Positions 12,120-22,800 of a stretch of DNA of 64,000 nucleotides are shown piece by piece. Numbering within the stretch: position 1 is the stretch's first letter; every line of letters starts with the position of its first letter. This DNA comes from Blasia pusilla (lineage: Eukaryota): positions 39,618,001 through 39,682,000 of the forward strand of contig CM114271.1 in NCBI GenBank assembly GCA_050084515.1. The letters run 5' to 3'. The notes under the pieces are model-generated. The model had not been told where the DNA came from, searched no databases, and worked only from the letters and a program-made list of their open reading frames with translations. The position numbers and the translations under genes were made by a program.

Positions 12120-14700
12120 GGGCACGAGGGCCATCACGACGTCCTTTTGGCATTTTGAGAGGCGAGGTAGTGGACCTAAGAGTAGCTATGGAGGGTTTAC
12201 CCGGAGTGGTGCGAGGTTTCGAGGATCTCCACATGAGAGACCACCTTGATCTCCTTGTATGTCATCTTCAGATGAGGGGGAGCGTGTAGAGGAGTGTGTT
12301 AGTGATCCACGGTACACATTGAGTGGTCCTACTAGTTGGGCGTACGAGATGGACGATCGGGGAAGAGGACCGCGTTGATTTTTGGATATTGTAGGTACCA
12401 TAGAGCTACACGACTTTATTGTGCTGAGTTTAGGAGTTGGTGTGACTCACAACAGGCTAGGAAATCGAGAGATTTCAACCTATTTACAACATGGAATGAT
12501 ATGTTCCAACATTTAGAGGGGGCACCGTGGACGATTATCATGAGTTCTCCCACACATATACCCAAGAGATTGAGACATGGCGACTCTACTATGACCCACA
12601 CTATGTGTCATGGATGGAGCCGTTCGTAGATGAGGAGGAGGAGGTCAAGAGAGGCTACTTTCTCTTCCACAAGTGATGTTTTAGGAGGGGTCACTCGCAT
12701 TGGGCAGTTGCACTGTCTAGTCGGGTTTGTCCCAGGTTCAACCCCATGGTTGAGTTCTTTGTTGAGTTGAGGGCAAGCTACCAAGGGGTACGGATGGAGA
12801 AATTATGGAGCATCCACGAATTCTAGAGGCGCCTGGATGGGAGTTTGCGTAAGGCTTACACTCGCTTGCCGGTTGATCAACGTCACTCAAGGGATGATAA
12901 AAGCTCAGGCTATCCCGTCATGGTACGCAATGCTGGACTAGACCGTACGGACATGGGTGCGAGAGGGAGTGATTCTTATGAACACCTCCCCTATGTTGAT
13001 AGATGTTTTTAGGACCACCGAGAATATTGACCGCAACATGGCGGAGGAGACCGTATCCACCATGGATTCTGGGCGAGAGTAGTCATGATTGTCAGCACCA
13101 CTAGTGCACCAACGTGGACTCTGAGATAGGTCGACTGTGACACCACGAGCTCGGGGAGGATATCGGGAGGTTGTGCCATCGAGACCTGCGCCTTCATATG
13201 TGGCTCAGCGGCAACCACCTACGATTACTTGTTAGTCATGTGGTGCAGCCCATCATCAACGTGATTGCACTCGTGAGGGTCATGCACATGTGCCTCATCA
13301 TGGAGGAGGAGATGGTGCTACATCAAGAGGTTATCAGTGTGTGTCGCAACTCTCATAACCAAAGAACACCAAATAGGCGCAAAGCGGAACATTAGAACTC
13401 AAGTGGACTCATGCGTTGCGATGTTCGCGCTAAAGAGAGGCGTTTGGAAAGGTCTATTGGAAAATTCCAAGAGATGAAAGGTAGAATAGAGTTGTGATTT
13501 TCATGCATTAGTGGTTGCCACCAGGAAACCTAGACCAAACGTAAGCCAAGACTTGAGATGAGTCGAGTCTTGGAAGATTGGTTGCCAAAGAGGTGAGAAC
13601 CAATTTTGGAACACGATTAGCGTTTGGGGAATTTGACCATGTTTTGGAACATAAATTTTAGCCCAAAGATGTGTTCAAGACAAGTAAAGAGTTGAAAGCT
13701 TATCTTGAGACGCTTCCAACGCACTAAAGATCTCAGCAAACGCATAAGTACAGACTGAGATATTGGCCGGAAACGACTATGAGAGCAATCGGGTTGAGGG
13801 CCAATTGGAGAGGCCCGGGTTTCTTTCCCTAAATGTAGGGAACCCCGGAGATCCCCATAAGTACTAGTAAGGGAGGTGTCTCTCCAAGATGGCTTGGAAC
13901 ACGAATCCCCACTTTGAGCACCAAACGGCGTCTTAGAGGCATGAGATGGAACGAGAGTTTGGCGTTGGAACTTGAGACCCAAACATGATCCAAGGGAGTG
14001 GACTTTGTACGCCACACTTGGATTCCAACCCAAGATTCACTTTGTGCGAGTTTCGGTAAGGTACTCATTGGATGTCCATCAAACAGTTGGAACCGCCATA
14101 CGCGAAACGCTGTTTGAGGTTCTTGAACCGACCAGAAAGTCTGTCCCAAGTCTTTCGAGACTTGCCCGTGTTGTAAACCGCGAAACTAGGAAGGTTGAGC
14201 CTGATGAGAGACCGAGACGAGAACTCGGAAAGTTAGCCCACTGATTGATCCAAGACTCGACTAACCAAAGTGTGTGTTTGGATGCAGATCTGCATTGAGA
14301 GCGTGAACTATTGAACACACGCTTCCGCAACAACAAGATTAACGTTCAAGGAGAGTATGCGCACGATAGTGTGACTACTGTTACAGGTATGGTCACACCA
14401 TGCGCCACGTCTTTCAGTTTATACCGTGAGTTATATCTGGACCAAGGGCCATAGAGGGCACCGGAGCGAGTAGCCGGTCTGGGTGGGCCTAGAGATCGTG
14501 CACTAGGTGGTCTCGTTGGGGGACGAGGAGTTGGAGGTACCCAACAAGGTGGTGGAGCTGCTCGTGGAGGAGGTAGAGTCCCACCACCTACACGCGTCAA
14601 GGGAGATGCCGGACGTGAGGCTAGATGAGTGCTCAGATATAGCAGCTACATAAGCATATTGCCGCTATGGCATTGAGGTTACCCGATGCCGGATCCCTGG
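12120..14700 (+). pseudogene. Gag of element A (interrupted by solo LTR)
   Basis: AEFRSWCDSQQARKSRDFNLFTTWNDMFQHLEGAP is collinear with copy B Gag. The zinc knuckle is split by an insertion at 13342. Confidence 0.75.
13342..14368. mobile_element. Solo LTR (1027 bp) inserted in Gag of element A
   Basis: TGTCGC...GCACGATA termini; 5-bp TSD GTGTG (13337-13341 / 14369-14373). Copy B is uninterrupted at the same site (CAGTGTGACT at about 26551). Confidence 0.85.
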
Positions 14701-15247
14701 CATCGACATCATATGGAGCAGCCAAAGATATGGAGGATCCAAGTTGGATATGCGGGGTTGCCCAGATGGAGGCCGCTGCAGTTGTGACACCTGGAGTAGC
14801 CGTAGAGTTGGATCCACAACGAGGGGAAGCTAGGGAGCAGACCTGACTTCTTCAGTTGTTCATGTTGTGCGAGGCGATGAGGATCCCATCAATGGATCAT
14901 GATAAGAGTTCCCTGAGAGTTGGTGATGTTATTGGTTGGTAGGCACAGGAGGCAATGGGAGAAATGAGTGCGACAACTCCTATTGATGATGCTCAGGAGG
15001 AGCATGTGTTGAGTACAATGTTGGGGGCAGCCACGATGGTGTACCATGGTCTGCTATTTTCTGCTTCCGATGTTATGACATTGGGAGGTACGCCCGCCGA
15101 GGTGTGAGTGTGAGTTGGAGTTCCTGCATCATGTTCAAAGGTGATTGCAAAGGAGGTGATGGACCTGCCCTTGGAGCGGATGCTCGGGCCGTCCACGTCA
15201 GATTCATGGCAGTCTGCTATTGCTAGGATGGCGGAGATGCCCATGCC

Positions 15248-15679
15248 ATGATAGACCGTGCCATGGCTTCTCTTGGTGTTGTGTTGTTGGATAATCAGGG
15301 AGAGGTCTTCCAGTTGGTGAGTCCCAGAGGTAGAGCTTATAGTCCACAACACGTCTTGTTGGATTCAAAAACGCAACCGCTGATGTTGTGGAAAGCGTCA
15401 TTTAGAGGATTGGGCTTGACGAGAGCCAATGTGGAGCATTGTCCATTCCAGATACAGACATCCTTGGCTGGAGCAAGTACCACACAGTATATCACCCGAC
15501 AAGCGGTCGTGGTGAGGATTTTCCTGGGACATCCTACAAATGAGTCCGTGGTGCGAGCCAAGACGATAGTGACTGATGCAGAGTCCTGCCACGTCTTGGT
15601 TGGTGGAGCAGTGTTACATCCGATGGGATTTTCCGTGGATTATTGGGAGGAGTCAGTGTCCTACAGACCAGGATGGTAG
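15248..15679 (+). pseudogene. Retroviral-type aspartic protease of element A
   Basis: VLLDSKTQPLM (copy B reads LLD*GAQPLM, giving a DSG catalytic motif) ... CHVLVGGAVL. Confidence 0.75.
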
Positions 15680-16025
15680 TCAGGTGATGGGCGCCTAAGT
15701 ACATTACCCATTCGATTTATAGGTGCAGTGATCGAACGACGGCCAGGAGAGATGGCGACCTTAGCAACATTTAGCAATGCCATCACTTGGCCTAGTGATT
15801 TGATTGAGGGGCATGTCCATGCAGAGGATACTCCCATTCTTGATATCTTTATGGAGAGGAGTGTCATGGTAGCTGCATCAGTCTGTGGAGGAGAGGTGCC
15901 GCTTTGGGGCTCGACGGAGGAGCTTCGACGCTTAGCCACTGAGCATGTGCAGACCGCGTGGAGCGAGACGTTTGCACTAGAGTATGATGGATCAGAGGAA
16001 CCCTTGGTAGCCAACGAGTGCTGGT

Positions 16026-17069
16026 ATGATCCCATTGGACACCACCGCGATTGTGTGGTGCATCCCAGAGAAGGGTATTCGGGTGTTGGATCTCTTTTGA
16101 GGGATCAACACTGGGTTAGCTGTTGTTTTGCAGGTTGGAGTGCGCGTGTAGTTGCACCTGTATGTGGAGATTGATGATGTTGCAAGGCGCACTTCACTTC
16201 ACCATGTGGCGCAATTACGTCTATGTTTTCCCGACTTGTTGTCTGCGTCCGCCATTCAGGATTACTAGAATTCTCTACCAAGGGACATTTCATTGTTGGG
16301 GTCGTAGGACTTGGAGCACGTAGGGACCATAGACTTGGTCATTGCTGGTTGGCCATGTCTAGGCAAGTCGAGTGCTGGACGGGATAGCGGATTAGCTGAC
16401 ACTCGGTCCATGTTGTTTTGGGAGATGGTGCGGATCTTGTGACACTTGCAGGAGCATCAGTCTCGTCCTCGAGCATACATTGTGGAGGATGCACTGATTT
16501 TGGGCGATTCAAGGTCCCGTGTGATGACAAGTGCACATCAGGTGCGCGCATGGATTGGCTTGGACCATCGAGTTTGCTGGATGCGACGAGTGTGGATTCA
16601 CAAGGACATCACCCATGTCTTTGGTGGACCAACTTGGTACCACACAAGGTGTTGCGGAGGGCATATGCGAGAGAGGAGTGCCCCTTCGATTTGTTGGTGG
16701 ATTCTATATTGGACCCGGGCCATCGATCAGAGGCAGTGAGGCTAGATGATCGACCACCGTTGACTGTGGTCAACTGGATTGGCATGCCACAGGGCAGCCT
16801 TTCCCACATTGGTGAGTTTTCTCGCTTCCTATGCATTCAAGGAGGCCGGACTTGGCTTGGTTTGGGATGACTGGGTATATAGGTTGGTGGAGCCCAACCC
16901 CGATGAGCGAGAGCAAGCAATGGGATTCCCCACAAGAGTAACGGAAATATCGTTACTATCAGAGGCATCACGATGTCTTGTATTGGGTCACGCGATGGAC
17001 CTCAACTGCTTGACATGGATTTTCAGCTTAGGAGTAGCTGAGCAACGTCGTCGTTTGAGGATGCGATAG
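16026..17069 (+). pseudogene. DNMT3-like C5 cytosine DNA methyltransferase domain within the Gypsy polyprotein
   Basis: Manual translation: IRVLDLF*GINTGL (motif I, 16077), YVEID (II), DLVIAGWPCLG (IV, PC at 16353-16358), YIVEDA (VI, ~ENV), LLDATSV..GHHPCLWWTNL (VIII), EREQAMGFP (IX), RCLVLGHAM (X). Confidence 0.9.
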
Positions 17070-17371
17070 ATCACAGTAGTTGCGTTGGTGCACCCCATGC
17101 TTACCGAGAAGGTTGAGGCAATGGCTGGGGGCGAAACCAGAGGAGATCGACACACCAAGGATGATCGGGAGAGACACCCTTAGACTTCTTGGGATGTTTT
17201 TCATGTACGCCAGGAGAGGGTAGCCACAACATCGAGGTGGTTCTGGATACTGCATGTGGAGATCCAATTTTGCAGTTGGCTGTAGGGGAGCAATCAAGTT
17301 TTGTTGTGTGAGACGGGGTTGCACCATAGCAACCACTGACACCCGCGTCAAAGAGTCCTACTATAATCACG

Positions 17372-18400
17372 ATGGAGACTTGGGAGCCAGATATGGGCCC
17401 TAAGTTGACAAGAGGAGAGCGGCAGTGGATACACCTATTCCTTAGGAGTTATAAGAGGTTTTTTGCATCTAGTATGCATGATTTGGGTACGCAGAAGGGT
17501 CTAGGGATCCGCATTGAGTTGTCGAGTGACACACCGATCTTCCGACAATCTTAAAGATACAGTGACATGGAGAGGGATTTGATTCAGAGTAGGAGCCAGG
17601 ACTTGGTTGGAGCAGGACTAGTGGAAATGTCGCATGGAGAGTATGCATCTGCCACTGTCATGCCCGCCAAGAAGGATGTCCATGGCAACTGGACGGATAG
17701 GCGTATGTGTGGAGATTAACGATATGTCAATTGGCAGACAAAGTCCGATAGGTATGCCATGCCCACTCCAAAGGAGATCCTTGATGCTATTGGGCATGCA
17801 AAGGTCTTCAGTTTGTTAGATCTTCGAGCCGGATACAATCAGCTACCTATCACATTGGAGCACAAGGAGAAGACCGTATTTTGGGGCAACAATCCTCACA
17901 GGAAGGTTTGCTTGTACCAGTGGCGGTTCTTACCATTTGGGTTAAAGAGCACCCCGGATAAGTTTCAGAAGGTCATGGATAGGATCTTGGCAGGTCTGGA
18001 TTTTGTAAGGTGTTATATTGATGACATCATAGTCTTTAGTGCCACGGTTGAGGAGCATCTAGAGGAGGTGTTTCGACGATTGCAATGACAAGGGTTGAAG
18101 CTACATCCAGGCAAGTGCAAGTTCTTCTATGACTAGATTGAGTACCTAGGTCATACGATATACCCAGGGGGCCTTGGTGTGCAGGAGACAAAGGTAGAGG
18201 CTATTTCATGCATTCCACGTCTTAGAGATGTAAGTCGAGTTCGTGCATTCATGAGATTGGCAAACTTCTATCGACGGTACGTCAAGGATTTCAGCTCGAT
18301 TGCAAAGCGGCTAACCTTACTGACCAAGGTGGATAAGGAGTGACACTAGGGGGATGAGTAGGAGAGAGCATTTCAGCTGCTCAAGGGCACATTGACGTCC
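17372..18400 (+). pseudogene. Reverse transcriptase of element A
   Basis: FSLLDLRAGYNQL, LPFGLKS, CYIDDIIVFS (YIDD at 18014-18025), LHPGKCKF. Confidence 0.92.
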
Positions 18401-18419
18401 GCGCCCATATTGAGGAGAC

Positions 18420-18830
18420 CGATCAGGGGGTCTTTTCCAGTTGCATACCGATTGGAGCATGTTGGGGCTTGGAGTTGTGCTCATCGAGCATAACGATGAT
18501 GGTAGAGAGTTCGTGGTGGCTTACGCTAGTCGCTTGAACAACGTTGCAAAGACAAAGTATAGCTTGTATGAGGGTGAGTGTTTGGTTGTAGTGTGGGCTG
18601 TCGCACATTTCAGATGTTATCTATTCGGAAATCCCTTTACCATCTTTATTGATCATCAACCATTTAAGTGGTTGATGGAGTCCGACAAGGTTATAGGGAA
18701 GCTTACGAGGTGGGCTCTTTTGTTGCAAAAGTATGACTTCCAAGTAGTGTATAGACCTAGGATGCTCAACCAAGATGCAAATGGTTTGAGTTGTAACCCA
18801 TGCTCGAGTCAGCGAGATGCGACTGGAGCT
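18420..18830 (+). pseudogene. RNase H of element A
   Basis: LHTDWSMLGLGVVL...VVAYASR...YSLYEGECLVVVWAV.HFRCYL...DHQPFKW...RWALLLQ...DANGLS. Confidence 0.9.
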
Positions 18831-18925
18831 CGTTGGCATGGTAAGAGTGATAAGGAGTTGGTGCCAGATGGCATGCATCAGCCTATTTGGGCTCGCTAGC
18901 TATGGAGAGCTAGATTTCTGAGACT

Positions 18926-20435
18926 TTGATGGCGAGGTCTGATGGAGAGTCCTTAGATCCAGAGGCCGATGAGGAGACGATAGGTGGCCGAGAAATTCAC
19001 AACGATGGAGTGGTCTTGGAGTACCTACGTACAGGCAGCGTCGCGAGTATAGTGGGTGCTAGAGAGCGGGATTGGATCCTACAGCGAGCCAAACGGTTCC
19101 GGTGGAAGGGGACACATGTGTTGCAAGTGTGGGAGGATGGTAGAGTGCATGTAGTGCCTCATCCTTTGCATAGAGCACGTTTGGAGCGTCATGCCCATGA
19201 GGAATTGGATCATTTTGGAGTGAAGCGGATGTACAACTTGCTCCAATTTCAGTATTGGTGGCAAGGCATGCAGACCGACGTTCAACAATTTGTTGCTAGG
19301 TGCATGGTGTGTGATCGAGTCTGAGCATCGTTCAATGCTCTGACTCCATAATTACATCCTCTTTCGATCATGGGTTTTGGTTATAGATGGAGTTTGGATT
19401 TTGCATGACCTTTGCCTTTGACGGAGCACCATAGTCGTTATGTGTTGATGATGGTCGAGCACTTCTCGAACTGGATAGAGTTGGTTGCATTGCTTGACAA
19501 AGCGAGTGAGGGAGTAGCGTATGCCTTCCAAGATCGAGTGCTGAGTCATTACGGTGCACCAACTGAGGTGTTGACAGACCAAGATACAGAGTTCCGCGGG
19601 GAGTTTCAGACCTTGTATGATGACGCACTGATCAACCACCGCACTACTTCGCAAGATCATCCTGAGGCAGATGGACCAGCGGAGCGGGTTGTGCAGACAA
19701 TGAAGAGAGGACTATGTAAGTATGGCTTGCGGAGAGGTCGCCTAGGAGATTGGGACCTCCAGTTGCCGTGGTTGGCGATGCGATACAAATTCAGCAAGCA
19801 AGCATCCTTAGCGTCTTTCTCACCATACTTGCTTTTGTATGGCCGAGAGCCAGATTTACCTACAGCCATTCGTCGAGATGTTGGTGAGGTGTTGAACCTT
19901 AATGACCATGATTTATGGATGCAAGCATGTTCTCGAGATGGCTGAATTGTTTGGGAGAGTGATGCCCATGGCATTTGAGAAATTGGTGATTACGCGACAT
20001 CGGGATACATTGAGGTATGCGACTATTTTGGGGGGTGATTATCGACCTACTATCCAAAGGTTTCATCAGGGAGACTATGTCTACTTGCAGTTGACGGTAC
20101 CCACAATGTTGGATGTGATTGTAGGGCGGATTATCTTGAGAGTGCATGAGGTTCTGCCATCAAGTGTTGTCTTATTGGAGGGCCGAGATGGTATGGTTTG
20201 GAAGGACCATGTGCGTTATTGTGCACCGTGTCACCTTTCAAATATTGACGATACAATCGATCTGAGCTTAGCAGTAGTTCTTGCAGGCTTGCGATATATT
20301 TTGTGTGGTTCTACCCGTGGTGCAGCCACTATGCTAGTTCGTGATGGATGTTCGAGAGGATGGCATATGGCATGCTTGACGCCACCTCTCATTAGGGTTC
20401 CTCAGGGACGATGGATGTGTCCCGAATGTACATAG
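18926..20435 (+). pseudogene. Integrase (HHCC zinc finger + DDE core) with C-terminal PHD finger, element A
   Basis: HEELDHFG...CMVC; SLDFA.PLP, LTDQDTEF, HPEADGPAER; C-terminal ILCGS...DGCSRGWHMACLTPPL...WMCPEC. Confidence 0.9.
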
Positions 20436-21949
20436 AGTATGTAATTCTACATTCCAACTTGGGTCTGTGACATGGATGACAAGAAGGCGACAAATGATGG
20501 GGCCACATGAGCACACGACCTTCTTGCTCTTAGCGTCTGAGAGATGTATGTTACGGTAGGTAGGGATAGATGGCTATCTGGAGTTAGAGGGACCTAACCA
20601 CCAGCTAGGGGGCGATTGGAGATATTTTGGTACTTCTAGTCTCATTGTTTGGATGCCATGAGTTAGCATGGGATTGTCCGTGTTTGTGTGTGTGTTCGGT
20701 GAGAGTGATGTATATTGTGTAGCGATGTGTATGCGCACGACATTACAGACAAAAAGTGAGTTTGAACTAAGTGAAAGAGGAGTAGGAAACAAATACTTTG
20801 CAAGTGCAAAAATCCACTACTTTACGAATCCTTTACAAGTGTAGAAACCCACTACTTGGACTCTCATTTTTATGAATATTTTTCAAGTGAGCAGTGATTT
20901 AAATTTGTAATTTTTTATGATTGCTCAAATTGACAAATACCTACAAGTGACTCCCAGAGTTGCACAAAATTTCAAGTTGTTTATGAGCACCTTGCAAGCC
21001 TTTTGCAAATGAATTACAACTAAACCACAAGTATAAAAAATTGAAACTTCAAGCCACTAGCAATTTGCAAGGCCAATTACTAACATACCTTTGCCAGCTT
21101 ATGAGGCGTAGTAGCCGTATTATAGTTGCAGAAGACTTGCAACTTTGTGAGTCTTACACTTGCATTATTGAGAATTTGACAGAAGAATTCCAACTACAAT
21201 GCAATATAAAAAGTTTCGTTTTCTTACATTTGCAAATTAGTCATAGTTTAATCGCAAAATAACATATCAAAGTAGTGGTTTTTTCACTCACAAAGTAGCT
21301 AGTTGTTGCTCCATTTTCAGTAAGTTTTGACTACCTTTTAGGTCTATAAAACACCTTTTAATGTTGGATGTGGCTCCTTCCAAAAAATTTCCCTGGGATT
21401 TTTGTTTTTCTCCTTCATTTATTATAATTTGAAATAATAATTTTGGTAGAAAGAATTGTGATACTGTGAACTTCACTCATCTACATGTTCTTCAACATCC
21501 AAAAAAGTTCCTACCTAAAGAAATCTCAAGACTTAACTCCACTATAGGAACAAAAAAATTACAATGTGAGGAGAGGAGTCTCAAAAAGTTAGGAGGAAAA
21601 GAAAAAACGAAGCCATTTGGAGGCAAAGGGTAATTTATGACCAAGGTTTTAATTTGGTTATGGGACTCACAAATGACTATTTGCAAGTTTTGACTCCAAT
21701 ATGAGCCTCCATAATCATAGTTTGCGAGTCTCAAAAGCCATAATCTAGGAATTTGAATGGAAATCATGTTTTTGATTTTCCCTAGTTACAAGAAAAAAGG
21801 ATTGTCCAAATACTCAAACCAGAGGCAATCCACAAAGCTATATAGAGCCATAACGCAATCATAATACTATGAATTGGAAAAATTACAATCGCAATGGACT
21901 TGAAAATTAGCCACTCTTGACCAAAGTAGACTTGCAATGGAGGTGTGTC

Positions 21950-22800
21950 CACACCTAAATCCCAAATGGAGAGTTCCTAGGTTTGCAAGTCAAGGATGAT
22001 TTTATACGATGATTATGCGAAGGCTCATGCAACTTGCAAAGTGGAAGCGAAAATGGTAGTCTTTAGAGCTTTTATATAAGATAGAGTAGGTTGGAGCTAC
22101 AAATGAAGAGTTTGAATCCTTGGAGAATTAGGAGTCTATTAATTTTCCACAAAGCAAGAAGGCAATTGGACATGTATGATTGTTGAAGATGAAAGAAAAT
22201 TCATATGGAAGTGTTAGCATATACAAAGCCAAGCTAGGAGCCAAGTAATATGCACAAGAATGTGGCCTGGATTATGATGAGAGATTTGGTCTTGTAGCCA
22301 AGATGATGATAATTAAAAATATTTTATTATTTTCAACTAGAAAATGTTGGAGAATGCATTCAATGAATTTGAAGAATGCATTCCTCAATGGAGATTTTTT
22401 GGAGGATATATATTTGGTTCTTATCGAAGGGTGTGAGCATCTATAATATCCTTCTCTTATAAGCAAACCGAGAGAGGCTCTCAATGGACTCAAACAAGCT
22501 CCAACAACTTGACATGTTAAGGTAGTAAGTTCTTAAAAACTTTTGATTCAAGGTTTATTGTCCAGATGCCTCACTCTAGTCTTTGAGAATTGTTAAATGT
22601 TTGAGTTTGATCTATGTCAATGATATGATTGTGATCAATAGCAAAGAGCAATTCATAAATAAGATTAAATTATAATTGTAAATAGAGTTTGAGTTGAAAA
22701 ACTTAGGAGAGCTTAAGTAATTTCTTGATGAAGAGGTCATCAAGGATTGAAATGAAATGATATATGACTACTTCAACTTGACTATGCTTTTGACAATCAT
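21950..22800 (+). pseudogene. Degenerate Ty1/Copia reverse transcriptase fragment
   Basis: KAKLGAK*YAQECGLDYDERFGLVAKM (~KARLVAKGYAQ..GIDY.ETFAPVAK), MNLKNAFLNG, ALNGLKQAP, IYVNDMI. Confidence 0.8.

Larger units (their letters stand above)
10766..20742 (+). mobile_element. Ty3/Gypsy retrotransposon copy A carrying a DNMT3-like methyltransferase and a PHD finger
   Basis: Gag-PR-DNMT-RT-RH-INT-PHD order. 5' end TATCATG matches copy B and 44238; 3' end GCGCACGACA. Flanked by TTAC on both sides (10762-10765, 20743-20746). Confidence 0.9.

Noticed and set aside
16026-17069. Host DNMT3 or DRM gene or pseudogene independent of the transposon
   Set aside because: It is intronless, on the same strand as and contiguous with protease and RT, and has no poly-A or TSD. 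Motif order is linear, not DRM-permuted.
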